Of a stretch of 64,000 nt of DNA, positions 20,301-30,093 are shown in pieces. Positions within the stretch are counted from its first letter, which is position 1; every line of letters begins with the position of its first letter. A program made the translations under genes and the position numbers. Origin of the DNA: Candidatus Woesearchaeota archaeon (GTDB taxonomy: Archaea > Nanobdellota > Nanobdellia > Woesearchaeales > DSVV01); assembly GCA_038884615.1 (NCBI GenBank), contig JAWABL010000004.1:4479-68478 (forward strand), read 5' to 3'. Under the pieces are notes generated by a model that saw nothing but the letters and a program-made list of their open reading frames with translations, had not been told where the DNA came from and did not search any database.

Positions 20301-22228
20301 TTATCATTGTTTGGCCTGTTGAAATTATCATACATAAACTCCGCTATTCTAGAGCTCTCTGTTGCGACAGAGCCAGTAGACTGCCAGCTGTTAAGACTCG
20401 GTCCTGTAAAGTTCATGTTTTTGATTGGCATTATTGTAATAGCAGTTGGAAGTCCGAAAGTGTTTCCCTTAGAATATATGCCTGAATTGAAATCAACTGG
20501 TGCAATTTTATCGGATGGGTGAGGCCAGAGATACGCCTGAATAGTGTTACCAGCGTAGTAGTCTGCAGGAAAGCCTATACCAAACTTTAGTGTTCCTTCC
20601 TGCCAGAGGCTATCGTCATAGTCAACAGCAGTCCATCCGGGAGGTTCTGATACCTGAAACTCACTTGTATATCTCCACTTATTGTGCAATAGGTCAGTCA
20701 CATTGTTGCCCATAAGTATATTGACTCCTTGATAGACCCCGCATGAAATACAAGTTCCTCCGTTCGCATAATATTGCTTAATCTGGTCTAAAATAAGTGT
20801 GCTGTTTTTTGTTAAACTTAATATATCTCTAATGCCTGAATAATAACTTACAAGCCCTATCCTGTTTCCAGATGTGTTTACAACAATCTGCCTATTAAAA
20901 TCATCAAGTATGCATTTTAGCAAGCTCAGCCTTTGTGTGCTGTTAAGTTTTAGTAGAGGGTCTTTGCAAAACCTTTCAACCCCTGTATTTGTATCGTCAA
21001 ACCTCCAATTCATGCTTCCGCTTACATCGTTCACTACTACAACGTCTCCATTTCCTCTATCACTTATAGTTCTTACAAAAGAAAGGTTTTCAAACCCAAG
21101 CCTCACAGGGACTGTCTGGTTGCTGATTGCTTTATAATCAATCAAGCTACTAAGGTTGCTGTTATTAATATATACACTAATAGTTGTATTGGAGTAGTTG
21201 TCTGAGTAGATCAGCGTATTCCCTATAAGAAGTGAAAGTGTGCTGTTTGAGTTGTTTGAATGGTTTGCAAAATAATGAAGGTATACCTCCATGCTGTTCA
21301 GATCGCCTGGGATGTCAATAGCAGAATAAAAATTTATAATTCCTGAAATTCCAGAGAAAAGGAACACTTCTGAGTCAATATCTTTATAATATATTTGTTT
21401 GGTGTAATAGTCAATCCTTATGAACCCTCCGGCGACATATGCAGATTCTATCTCTTCTGGAAATACGAGTGTAAACTCTGTAGTTATGTCCTTGTTTATA
21501 AGGTTCTTGCATGATGTTATGTCAAAAGCGTCGGCCTCCATATTTCTCCCGCTGACTACGAAATCTCCGCAATGTGTTCCATTAATATAAAGGCTAAAAT
21601 TATTTCCCGCGGAAATCTCCATATAAACCTTTGTTATATTGGCATCGCTTGGGGTTTGCTGTATAATCTTTGTAATGTTTCCTTGTCCTTCAAACCCTCC
21701 AAAATATGCATAAATAGACCTTGCAAGTTGCTCCTCACCTCCTGTAAGAAATATTCTTGCAGAGGTTCCCTTTATTGGTCTTGATTTTTGTATTCCTGTT
21801 ATCATGCTTTTATAGACTGCAAGGTCCTTTTGTCTAGAAATATTTCTAGAATACATAGTTTGATTGCCGTAAATGGCCATCATTCCGTAAGTCCTTGGCA
21901 CAAGTTGAGCAGTAATGTTTTGTATAAGCACCTCTGCAATTTCTGTATTGTTTTTTGCCCATAGTATGCCAATTTCTTCTATAACTGTATTATCATACTC
22001 CGTTTCAGGGATGGTTCCATTGAATATAAGCTCTTTTAGGATAGGATTGTCAAACTCTATTACCTTGGTTGTTGAGAGGATACGGATTATATCCATCGGT
22101 GCGTAGTTTATCTGTGCGGTCGGCTGCTTATACGCGTAGATGGCGGAAAACAGAAGGAACCCTCCTCCTATGAGCATAAGAGCAAGAAGTGCATCAGTGC
22201 TGAAGAAAAATCCCCTTTTCACCGCCAT
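17321..22228 (-). CDS. Giant (1635 aa) pilin-like surface adhesin with VWA and LamG/concanavalin-like domains, heavily sequon-decorated
   Basis: The N-terminus MAVKRGFFFSTDALLALMLIGGGFLLF is class-III-signal-like. A VWA MIDAS motif is present (VVVVNDVSGSM ... and a second KALVLMSDGEANVC). A LamG-like segment is present (CIGLLFRYNDNQNYYRFRIDNDNFGG). More than 100 N-x-S/T sequons are visible by eye. Confidence 0.6.
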   Translation of the reverse strand: MAVKRGFFFSTDALLALMLIGGGFLLFSAIYAYKQPTAQINYAPMDIIRILSTTKVIEFDNPILKELIFNGTIPETEYDNTVIEEIGILWAKNNTEIAEVLIQNITAQLVPRTYGMMAIYGNQTMYSRNISRQKDLAVYKSMITGIQKSRPIKGTSARIFLTGGEEQLARSIYAYFGGFEGQGNITKIIQQTPSDANITKVYMEISAGNNFSLYINGTHCGDFVVSGRNMEADAFDITSCKNLINKDITTEFTLVFPEEIESAYVAGGFIRIDYYTKQIYYKDIDSEVFLFSGISGIINFYSAIDIPGDLNSMEVYLHYFANHSNNSNSTLSLLIGNTLIYSDNYSNTTISVYINNSNLSSLIDYKAISNQTVPVRLGFENLSFVRTISDRGNGDVVVVNDVSGSMNWRFDDTNTGVERFCKDPLLKLNSTQRLSLLKCILDDFNRQIVVNTSGNRIGLVSYYSGIRDILSLTKNSTLILDQIKQYYANGGTCISCGVYQGVNILMGNNVTDLLHNKWRYTSEFQVSEPPGWTAVDYDDSLWQEGTLKFGIGFPADYYAGNTIQAYLWPHPSDKIAPVDFNSGIYSKGNTFGLPTAITIMPIKNMNFTGPSLNSWQSTGSVATESSRIAEFMYDNFNRPNNDNIGSNWMEVPNGGNWQIFNNYLVESTNSAPGSRDDGYGPYAYYRNGFNWKDYTVNARIRPNDNDCIGLLFRYNDNQNYYRFRIDNDNFGGLFSRLERIHSGTRTILWSNEGSSSGFSTDNWNNMIIEVTGTNIKIYRGSTLIAQANDNTLANGTVAVYAWAMDDGNYGADFDYINVSTNVFGMTDYFIVDSWVGGIGYVNQTFTSPTSSPNNVSLTLRHSTNDLYFNGTAYLFCNITSPIGETEVWSVNWSANNNTERPKEEIIDITNLITSDTFSYNLLCGAVVSNGTSRTVVAFDDIGVTINYTPSIESTDDGWDWQGGVFGYNGNYTDFYYNATGNLEFVVNGSGSGSNSGAWGIQINITPEMIDMMNSNGGKALLSFNYRWDAADDGSSSVFETSDEVWVKGFFMNRTGSKHYLGTEMSSDDGDAGEEIWSADDPDYEHSGHFVQDITEWITGEGYYYLAIGGKLRRDSSSEIGSFSFDNIQLVFTNTSNNTFYRNKFFVLDATGIDENVYINITSDDGADVYINGNLVDSYTGHVDNRVTQISKALLNEGENIMGIKLYNSDSNGKLQVGLYANATKRQKALVLMSDGEANVCVDDGGMVDNGCDNCAGSGCCPDAIGQLSVPCPDLPEIDQAEFSDGDEDAAEQLINITCYYQKKYNLSIYTVAFGSVGTGGRKTLNLTALCDPEYNSTNNTHYYESDNPSGLSLIYSEIAEKLSNSFSYKVQQIITIVGNFEKSYLYPDSYIMLNYTPYTQPVQYGEVPIFFEYKNPENCTFSVFIPSQVRPIEAAVTSYSGTHWTDLLTINNSMGTFVFYNLSRFSTDYSYMGDPFAIPFSTSYIVRGETNTIKINVGDEPTNTSNCSVNNTFLYTGLINVVNFTLPYSEVKYKAEGCNWTIELEDLTLTNVSVPSSYSGSKKCFYTNSSHDSSGYDSDDSYDVAMHLLLTHLDYNNDGRVFINFHEEDAVIDAKVVRDIPYLWGPTIVEVRVWQ

Positions 22229-23340
22229 GCATACACCACCATTATAATTGGTTGACGGTTATACAACATAACTCTCTGAAGGCTTACAAGGCTGCTTGAG
22301 TTTACCTTACTGAAGTCAAGGCTTGCGTTTATCACTACATCATTAAAATGTTGTTCTACTGCCTCCTCAATATAGTCTTGGTATTCTCCGTATTCCCCAG
22401 AGTAGACTGCGTCAAAACTACTGAAATAGTAGACCTGACCTTTGCCGTAAACCCATTTTGCAATCGTGCTAGTCTCTCCAGATTTTGCTATAGTTTCAAA
22501 ATATTGTGTGCGGTTTCCTAGAACTGTGCTGTTGTGGTTATAGGATATTATGTCATTAGGATTAAAGTCCAGATAGTTGTCGCTGCTTACAACAGTAGAA
22601 TTAAATGTACCTAAATCTCCGGCAATATATGTTACATTAAGGAACTGCCCATCTGTTTGGGAAACATTGCCGGACAAAAAAATAAAGTGTCCTGTTCTAA
22701 CATAGTCCTCAATAATAGAGACCTGTGCAGGGCTGAACCTTGGATTTTCTATCAGTGCTGCGTCAAGCGAATTAATATTTGTAACAAGTTCGTCAGGACT
22801 TGTATACGATACAACATTTATCCCTGTCCTTGCCTCAAGAATAGGCATTTTTGTATGCAACAGGCTTGCTGGCATTGCATAATAGCCAAAAAATTTCTCG
22901 TCAGCATTTGTTTTTACCTCAACAGACCAATGCCCTATATAATACTGGCTTCCGATTTTTCTTAATCTTCCATCGGGGCTTTTGAAGAAAACCGCAAAAT
23001 CGCTTCTTGACCCAAAAAGAAACTTGCTTTTGTAGTAACTGCTGTTTGTGAGGTTTGCAAACCTATCTGCTTTTGATTTGTCAAGCACATAATCGCTTTT
23101 AAAAAGCCCTATCCTACGCACAGTGGTGTTAGTCCAGTCTGGTGGGTATCCTTCTGTCATAAGTCCTCCAGAAATAGACCTTGCGTCGTTATAGACCTCC
23201 TCAATCTTTTTGAGTTTTTGTTCTCTTATATTCGGAATAAAGCTGAATATAAACGCCATTGAAATGCTAAATATCACTATTGCAATTATAAAATCCTGGT
23301 ACCATACCTGACCATGCCTCTTTTTTAGCATTTCATGCAC
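22219..23340 (-). CDS. Pilin-like or secreted protein (373 aa)
   Basis: The N-terminus KKRHGQVWYQDFIIAIVIFSISMAFIFSFI is a basic stretch, then G-Q, then a hydrophobic helix, which is class-III-signal-like. It overlaps the giant gene by 10 nt. Confidence 0.45.
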   Translation of the reverse strand: MHEMLKKRHGQVWYQDFIIAIVIFSISMAFIFSFIPNIREQKLKKIEEVYNDARSISGGLMTEGYPPDWTNTTVRRIGLFKSDYVLDKSKADRFANLTNSSYYKSKFLFGSRSDFAVFFKSPDGRLRKIGSQYYIGHWSVEVKTNADEKFFGYYAMPASLLHTKMPILEARTGINVVSYTSPDELVTNINSLDAALIENPRFSPAQVSIIEDYVRTGHFIFLSGNVSQTDGQFLNVTYIAGDLGTFNSTVVSSDNYLDFNPNDIISYNHNSTVLGNRTQYFETIAKSGETSTIAKWVYGKGQVYYFSSFDAVYSGEYGEYQDYIEEAVEQHFNDVVINASLDFSKVNSSSLVSLQRVMLYNRQPIIMVVYAWR

Positions 23341-23419
23341 GCACTTTTACTGGCAATCTTGTTTTTGCTTTAGCACCCTGCGTATGTTTATTATTTTGCA
23401 TCTAACTGATATTTAGGTC

Positions 23420-23809
23420 TTAAATTACATTTATATAAACAATCCCCCCAAGTTTATCTATCTTGTTTGCTCCTTTGGTTATATTTCCGATCACATCAGG
23501 TACTATAAACTCTCTTTGAATGTTGGCCGATGTAATTATTATTGAACTGTTTTTTTGAAGTGTTATATTATAATACACTCCGTCCTTTTCTTCAGGGAGT
23601 ACAAAGATTCTGGTATAGCCATCGTCTACCATTGTGGCGGTGACTATCTCGTTTTGGACAAATTCACCGATATCGTTTATTGCTTCAAGTCTTTTTTGCT
23701 CGTTTACTTGTGATATCTCCTCAAAAATCAACCCTAATATAAAGATAAATAGCATTGTAGTTATTGATATAAGAATTACAAATTCTGTGGAAATCTGTGC
23801 TTTTCGCAA
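23420..23809 (-). CDS. Type IV pilin-like protein (129 aa)
   Basis: MRKAQISTEFVILISITTMLFIFILGLIF matches the archaeal pilin consensus (K-A-Q...E-F-V plus helix). Confidence 0.6.
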   Translation of the reverse strand: MRKAQISTEFVILISITTMLFIFILGLIFEEISQVNEQKRLEAINDIGEFVQNEIVTATMVDDGYTRIFVLPEEKDGVYYNITLQKNSSIIITSANIQREFIVPDVIGNITKGANKIDKLGGIVYINVI

Positions 23810-24000
23810 TACTCCACCTCCGCTATACTCTAAAATAACTTAAAGTTTATTCGGTTTTTAAGGCGTTCTTCTTTAGTATGGTGTTTTTTGTTAGTATTAT
23901 CCTCTTTGTTAGTTTTATTGTCTTTGTTAGCTTTACTATTTTTTGCTTCAACGACCCTTTCTTTAGTCGTCCAAAAAATAAGTAATCCTTTTAACTATGT

Positions 24001-24414
24001 TTAGTCATCTATTATGACGCCAGTGTCTGTAGCAGTTATGGATATATACCTTATACCTGCATGAGGCGATAAACTTCCTGAAAGATTGACTTGGCTTTGC
24101 TGGGTTATATCAGTAGTCTCTCCTTGCCATTTCATCCTAAAAACAAGTTCCTTTTCTGTTATTATAATTGCATCAATATTTTTTGGCATATAAACCTTAA
24201 GTGTTGTTTTTGAGGGCTCACCTAAGTAGTACACCGTTTCTGCCGAGTCAACTATCTTTCTTGCAAGAAGGTGTGCTTGATTAGCATTTACTCTCATCTC
24301 CACTGCACTTTTTTCAGAGCCGTATATAAAAAGAAGCGGTATCAATGCAAGAAGCGCAAATGAAACTATCACTACATATTCAATAGCAAACTGCGACCTA
24401 ACCCCTTTCATCAT
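24001..24414 (-). CDS. Type IV pilin-like protein (137 aa)
   Basis: MMKGVRSQFAIEYVVIVSFALLALIPLLFIYG matches the QxxxEY class III motif. Confidence 0.6.
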   Translation of the reverse strand: MMKGVRSQFAIEYVVIVSFALLALIPLLFIYGSEKSAVEMRVNANQAHLLARKIVDSAETVYYLGEPSKTTLKVYMPKNIDAIIITEKELVFRMKWQGETTDITQQSQVNLSGSLSPHAGIRYISITATDTGVIIDD

Positions 24415-24648
24415 CTACCCTCTTTTTTAGTAGCTTGAGACCTACTATTTTGGAGATATACTATTTAAATCTATTTCATAAGATGTAACTATCATCTAAT
24501 GATACCATCCTTCTCTATTCTAAAATAATCTGCTAAAATAAAAAATATATACTAATAAAAATATATACTGTTTTTAATTTTTATATAATTTTTTAAAGAT
24601 GTAGAGCAAAAGCTTATAGTAAGCAAGCCTTTAAGAAGATTACTTTAA

Positions 24649-24813
24649 GGCTGCGTTCAAAATCTAGTTTTCGGTCGGTTTAACATCATGTTGGTACTTT
24701 TCCGTTTAAATGAAAATATCTGGTTCTCCGTATGGAACAACTCACTTCAAACCCATATATTGTTCCTGAATGTGCATACGCGGTGGATGCTAACACACTT
24801 TTTGAACGGTGCC
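24649..24813 (+). repeat. MITE-like repeat element, copy 2, flanked by a 12-bp direct duplication GATTACTTTAAG (24638-24649 and 24814-24825)
   Basis: It has the same family sequence as copy 1. A perfect 12-bp direct repeat lies immediately on both flanks, consistent with a target-site duplication. Confidence 0.8.
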
Positions 24814-25101
24814 GATTACTTTAAGAAAATTATTTATACTTATTATCTAATTAATAATAGACATGCCTCTTACAAAACCAGGAACCAAATCGCCAGCGGT
24901 CGAGTATGCAATAAAGGAGTACAAAGGCAAGGGTAGATTGCGAAAGGCTGATGCTTCACTGGAAAAAAAGTCAAGCGACACCGTTGAACAAAACAATATA
25001 TCTATTGATGTAGTAAGGATAAAAAAAAGGCCGCTAAGAAGGGCGCTGGATAAAATTAAGAGGTATTTCAAGTAAATATTAATATAATCTACTCTTAAAA
25101 A

Positions 25102-25833
25102 TTGAAGAATGTCAAAATGAAAGCCCAGGTTACGCTCTTTATCTTGATAGGGCTGTTTATATTGTTTGCTTTTGCACTGTCCTTCAGCACTTTGACTGAT
25201 ATTAACAGCCTTAAAGAGCCGTCTTCTGATGCAAAAAAAGCAAGGGCGTTTGTTGAGTCGTGTCTTGCATCATCTCTTAGTGATGGAATAAGTGATGTTG
25301 CACAGCACGGCGGTTATTATGTTGTTCCTGAGCCAAAAACTATTGTGTATCTATTTCATCAGATTCCTTTTTACTTTAAAAATGCAACCTTACATGTTCC
25401 AACAAAAAAGGAGGTTGAAGAGCAGCTTGGGGCGTATGTTTCAGACAGACTTAAATATTGCATAGAGTCCTATAACGGCATTAGCTCGCATGATCTTGCA
25501 GTCAGCATAGCCATTTACGATGATGCGATAAAGGCAACTACTTCTGGCTCAATTGAAATAAGCAATCAAAAGAAAACCACAAGGCTTTCAGGCTTTCAAG
25601 CTCAGAAAAACTCGCAATTTGGAATGGTTTACAATGCAGTTCTTGAGATTCTTGAGATTCAGAAAAGATACCCTACCGAGATATGCTTAACTTGCGCATA
25701 CACAATCGCCACCGAGAAAGGGCTTGCAATTTCGGTTGTTCTTATAGGAAACAAAACAGCACTCTTCACAATCCTTGATAACCAGATTAATCCAACTGTG
25801 AATTATATGTTCCTATATGAGGTTGTAAAATGA
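25102..25833 (+). CDS. Secreted or pilin-like hypothetical protein
   Basis: The internal start MKAQVTLFILIGLFILFAFALSF at 25117 resembles a class III signal. The rest has no recognised motifs. Confidence 0.45.
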   Translation: MKNVKMKAQVTLFILIGLFILFAFALSFSTLTDINSLKEPSSDAKKARAFVESCLASSLSDGISDVAQHGGYYVVPEPKTIVYLFHQIPFYFKNATLHVPTKKEVEEQLGAYVSDRLKYCIESYNGISSHDLAVSIAIYDDAIKATTSGSIEISNQKKTTRLSGFQAQKNSQFGMVYNAVLEILEIQKRYPTEICLTCAYTIATEKGLAISVVLIGNKTALFTILDNQINPTVNYMFLYEVVK

Positions 25834-27164
25834 AAGGTTTGTTTAGCATGGTCGCGAGCATTGTCATTTTAAATATATGCTTAATATGCTTATCCGTTTC
25901 TGCTGAAGAGAGCAACGAAGCCGGCATTTTACAAACTAAAGAGGAAAGCATAACTATTGAAGCGTTGCGGGAAATTGGTTTTGAAAATCTAAAACCAGAG
26001 CAGCTTTTAGATGTCCCTGATAGCATCCTTAATGAAGCAACAACGAAGGATGCTGCAGACTATTTCAAGGGAAAACTTCCAAAGGAGCTTGCACGTAAAG
26101 AAAGGATTTTGTATGCTAAACTTTCCGGGATTGATTTTAATGATGCTAAAACTTTTCCAAGCTCTGCTTTATTTGACATAGAATCCATAAGGCTTGGCGG
26201 CTCAGCAGTTCAGTTTTCAAGCTCAGGCGAAAAGAATATAAAATGGGCAGAAAACAAGATTGTTGTTAATAGCAATATTGAATTACAATCAGGAACATTA
26301 ACTATAATTGATAATGGTCTTTTATTTATTGACAAAGAAAGCAGGCTTTTATATAAGGATAATGAGAAAACGCTTGATATAACAACAGATGCTATACCGA
26401 TAAATATACAGTTTGGCTATGGGTGTAGCGTCAACTGCCTTTCAATAAGAGATGGAGCAGTTTTTGCGGACGGCGATTTTTCATTTGAAGTTGTCGGACG
26501 TGGCATAAGATACGAAAACGGCAATGTTTTTCAGCAGTTATCTTTTATGGGCACGGAAGGTTCTGAACTGTTCCTACAGACAAGCCATGCAGTTTTTCTG
26601 CTTAACTCCGATGGAACACTCTATTCATATAATGGCGTAGGAGGCGCTGGGGAAGAATATCCTTCTGAGGCCTGCAAAACAGAAATCAGCGGCACAGGAT
26701 ATAGTATTTATTCAATAACTGGTTTGCAAATGGCTAGCAATAGCAAACCATGCTATGTTCAAACAGCCTCTGTTTCAACAGGAAGAATACTTGAAGATTT
26801 AAGAGGGGTTGAAGCCTCCTGTTCCTCAGAGAGATGTGATATATTTTTAGACAACCCTGGATATAAAACTTTACTTGGATTTATCAAAATAGACCTTTTT
26901 GATATAATTGATCATATAAGTAAGATGTCAGAACTGACCGACTATAAGGACCAAATTACAGTTCTTGAGCGAAATTTTAAGACAGCGCTCAAGAGTAATG
27001 GATTTAAACCCGATGCTCTTTCAACATCAACCGTGACCATAGAAAGCGGGAAAATCTCTGTTGTTATACGGGGAAAAGAAATGCGGATTGAAGTTTCATG
27101 CAGCCGTGAACTCACAACAGCAATGAACAAGTTGATAATTGATAAAATAACTGCTCCATCTTGA
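25830..27164 (+). CDS. Secreted hypothetical protein (444 aa, Sec-type signal peptide)
   Basis: The N-terminus MKGLFSMVASIVILNICLICLSVSAEES is a signal peptide. There is a 4-nt overlap with the upstream gene. Confidence 0.45.
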   Translation: MKGLFSMVASIVILNICLICLSVSAEESNEAGILQTKEESITIEALREIGFENLKPEQLLDVPDSILNEATTKDAADYFKGKLPKELARKERILYAKLSGIDFNDAKTFPSSALFDIESIRLGGSAVQFSSSGEKNIKWAENKIVVNSNIELQSGTLTIIDNGLLFIDKESRLLYKDNEKTLDITTDAIPINIQFGYGCSVNCLSIRDGAVFADGDFSFEVVGRGIRYENGNVFQQLSFMGTEGSELFLQTSHAVFLLNSDGTLYSYNGVGGAGEEYPSEACKTEISGTGYSIYSITGLQMASNSKPCYVQTASVSTGRILEDLRGVEASCSSERCDIFLDNPGYKTLLGFIKIDLFDIIDHISKMSELTDYKDQITVLERNFKTALKSNGFKPDALSTSTVTIESGKISVVIRGKEMRIEVSCSRELTTAMNKLIIDKITAPS

Positions 27165-27286
27165 AAGGTATAATAAGAGTGAGAAGTGTAATAAATAAGT
27201 GTAGTAAGATTTGCTTCCTCATTTTTTATTTTTTGTCAAAGTAAAGAACAGCAAAATAGAAGCATACAAATAAAAAAGCTAGGAGC

Positions 27287-27907
27287 CTACCATCCTCCTG
27301 TAATTCTCTCATACATCATAAAGCTTAGTAGCATGTTGAACTTGTTTATATTTTTCCAGTGTTCATAAAGCTCTTTTAGATGCGGAGAAACATAGTTGTG
27401 GTTACCTTGCATCAGTGCATTCATTTGGATAGTTCTTACAACCTCTTTCCTTTCATCATAAGATATTAGTTCTTCTCCGATATTTGAGGCTTTTCTACCA
27501 TCTTGACTGATATACTCATAGTCGGCAACTCTTGTAGACGCGCCTTCTCTAAGATAAGCCAAAAGAAAATTCATATGGCTTTTAAGAGTTCTCTCATAAT
27601 TTTCGCGAAATAACATCTCTTCAATCTCTCTGTACTTCACCTTGTGCGTATCACTTAGTCCTTTAGGTTCAGAGTCGCTTTTTTTTGTAAGCTTTTCCTT
27701 CTCAAGCGAGGATTCAATATTTACGCTCTTAGAAATGCTCTTTATATTTCCACTTGCTTTTTCTTGTTTAATTGTTTTTTTGCTGCTGCCAGTCTCAAAA
27801 TATTTGTAACCTTCTCTGTAATTGTCTTTATCTATAACAAGCTCTTCGATGCACTGCCTTTTTCTTTCTTCTTCCAGTGATGCTTTTTTTTTGTCTTGCT
27901 CGGTCAT
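27287..27907 (-). CDS. Hypothetical protein
   Basis: 206-aa ORF of charged, low-complexity character. No family recognised. Confidence 0.35.
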   Translation of the reverse strand: MTEQDKKKASLEEERKRQCIEELVIDKDNYREGYKYFETGSSKKTIKQEKASGNIKSISKSVNIESSLEKEKLTKKSDSEPKGLSDTHKVKYREIEEMLFRENYERTLKSHMNFLLAYLREGASTRVADYEYISQDGRKASNIGEELISYDERKEVVRTIQMNALMQGNHNYVSPHLKELYEHWKNINKFNMLLSFMMYERITGGW

Positions 27908-28059
27908 ATCTTAAATAGCGCAAATGATTACATAATTTAAAACAGGGTTTAATTCAAGTCTTATAAATTTAATTGCACAAATTGCATAGCTTGACTTTGT
28001 GCCTTAGCATAAGCTCTTTTTATTAAGCTCTCTTTTTTATGTTTTTGCTTATTGTGCTT

Positions 28060-29322
28060 TTAAGTTCCTTCCTCCCAGCTTTCATAATACTTTTTTTGTT
28101 CTGGAGTCATTCTATCAATTCTAACTCCCATTGCTTCAAGCTGAAGTTCTGCAACCATTTTATCAATTTCTTCTGGTAGGGTTATAATTTTTATTGGTAG
28201 ATCTATTCTATTTTTTGATAGGTACTCGCATGCAAGCGCCTGACCACAGAAGCTCGTTGACATCACTTCGCTTGGATGCCCTTCCGCAGCAGCTAGGTTT
28301 ACAAGTCTTCCTTCCCCGGCAACAAATAGTCTCTTTCCTGAGAAAACATATTCATCGAGGAACATCCTTACTTTTCTCTTGCATTTTGCCATTTTCTCAA
28401 GTGCAACAAGATTAATCTCTACATCAAAATGTCCGCTATTAGCGAGAATAGCTCCGTCCTTCATAACCTTAAAATGTTCTTCGTCCAGCACATGCTTATT
28501 TCCTGTTACAGTGATGAAAATATCACCAATTTTTGCTGCTTCCAATAGCGGCATTACAAGATGCCCGTCCATTTTTGCCTGCAGCGCTCTTATAGGGTCT
28601 ACCTCTGTTATTATAACATTTGCACCCATACCCCTGGCCCTAAGAGACACCCCCTTGCCGCAGCTTCCATAGCCTGACACAACCACAGTTTTTCCTGCGA
28701 AGAGGATGTTTGAGGAACGCATAAGTCCGTCTATTGTGCTTTGCCCAGTGCCGTAAAAATTATCAAATAGATGTTTTGTCTTATTGTCGTTTACAGCGAT
28801 AATCGGATATTTAAGTGCATTGGCATGCTCCATAGCTCTCAGCCTTATAACACCTGTGGTTGTTTCCTCGCAGCCCCCTATAATTTCCTTTATAAGCTCT
28901 TTGTGTTTTGTATGTATCTCACTAACTAGGTCGCATCCATCGTCAATTGTGATATGTGGCTTGAATCCAATTACATATCCAAGAAACCTATAATAGTCTT
29001 CTTTGGTCTCCCCTTTGTAAGCCCAGACCTTTACGCCTCGTTTTGCAAGCGCCGCTGCTACATCATCCTGCGTTGAAAGAGGATTACAACCAGTTATTGC
29101 AATCTCAGCGCCGCCGGCCATAAGTGTTTCCACAAGATTTGCAGTTTCTTTTGTAACATGGAGGGCCATCCCTATTCTAAGCCCTGCGAGCGGTTTTTCT
29201 TTTGCAAATCTATCTCTAACTTTTGTGAGTGCACCCATATGCATGCGTGCAAATTCTATATTTTTTTCTCCTTGCTCAGCAAGATTTATATCTCTTACCT
29301 CATATGTTTTTCCTTGGTCCAT
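28060..29322 (-). CDS. ahcY: Adenosylhomocysteinase
   Basis: [26 protein letters not shown] matches the AhcY N-terminus. The NAD-binding site is [40 protein letters not shown]. The archaeal-short length is 420 aa. Confidence 0.95.
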   Translation of the reverse strand: MDQGKTYEVRDINLAEQGEKNIEFARMHMGALTKVRDRFAKEKPLAGLRIGMALHVTKETANLVETLMAGGAEIAITGCNPLSTQDDVAAALAKRGVKVWAYKGETKEDYYRFLGYVIGFKPHITIDDGCDLVSEIHTKHKELIKEIIGGCEETTTGVIRLRAMEHANALKYPIIAVNDNKTKHLFDNFYGTGQSTIDGLMRSSNILFAGKTVVVSGYGSCGKGVSLRARGMGANVIITEVDPIRALQAKMDGHLVMPLLEAAKIGDIFITVTGNKHVLDEEHFKVMKDGAILANSGHFDVEINLVALEKMAKCKRKVRMFLDEYVFSGKRLFVAGEGRLVNLAAAEGHPSEVMSTSFCGQALACEYLSKNRIDLPIKIITLPEEIDKMVAELQLEAMGVRIDRMTPEQKKYYESWEEGT

Positions 29323-29968
29323 TCTTTCCCTCCAATCTTGAAATAATTTTTTTTGTAAGCTTACGGATATCCGGTATGACTACATCCGCTTTGGAAAGCT
29401 CTGCTTTTTTAAACGTGCTTGCTATTGCAATGCATTTCATTCCTGCTTTCTTTGCTGCTTCAATACCCTTTTTTGAGTCTTCAATAACTACACACTCGTT
29501 CGGCGCAACCTTGAGCCTTCTTGCACATTCTAAAAATATATCAGGTACAGGCTTTGCCCTTTCTACATCCTCGTCTACAACCACAGTCGAAAAGAATTTG
29601 TCTAGCATGAATCTTCTTATAAGCAGGAACGCATCTGCTCTATTACTGGAGGTGGCGAGTCCAAGTATATAACTCTTAGAAATCTCCTTGAGCTTTGGTC
29701 TAGCTCCTGTAAAAAGTCTGGCTTTTCTCAGTAAAGTCATGTTGAGCGTTTTTTTCTGCCTTATAATATCCACTACAGGAACCTTAAGTTTAAACTGCTT
29801 TTTTCTTATTAAAGCAGTCTCCTCCACAGAGTACCCATTGAGCCTATTAAACTCGCGTTGTGAAAGCCTTATTCCATACCTTGCAAGTACTATTCTCCAA
29901 GCCTCATAATGTAGTCCGACGGAGTCAACAAGAACACCATCAAGATCAAAAATTATTGCCTTTATCAT
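29300..29968 (-). CDS. HAD-superfamily hydrolase (beta-phosphoglucomutase-like subfamily IA)
   Basis: [16 protein letters not shown] carries HAD motif I, DxDG. GLATSS matches motif II and KPVPDIF...[16 protein letters not shown] matches motifs III/IV. It overlaps the ahcY start by 23 nt. Confidence 0.8.
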   Translation of the reverse strand: MIKAIIFDLDGVLVDSVGLHYEAWRIVLARYGIRLSQREFNRLNGYSVEETALIRKKQFKLKVPVVDIIRQKKTLNMTLLRKARLFTGARPKLKEISKSYILGLATSSNRADAFLLIRRFMLDKFFSTVVVDEDVERAKPVPDIFLECARRLKVAPNECVVIEDSKKGIEAAKKAGMKCIAIASTFKKAELSKADVVIPDIRKLTKKIISRLEGKNGPRKNI

Positions 29969-30093
29969 GCTTGGTTAACTATTGTCAATGTTTTTATATT
30001 TTTTCCATTCTATAAAATAAATTGTTCATAATAATTGTATTTTTATGGACAAATAGAAAAAATTTTTATATTTTTGCATAAATACTTCCAAAA

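Noticed and set aside
17580-22106. Plus-strand ORFs (60-92 aa) inside the giant adhesin gene
   Set aside because: They are antisense to a continuous 4.9-kb coding frame. They have no start context or conservation signals.
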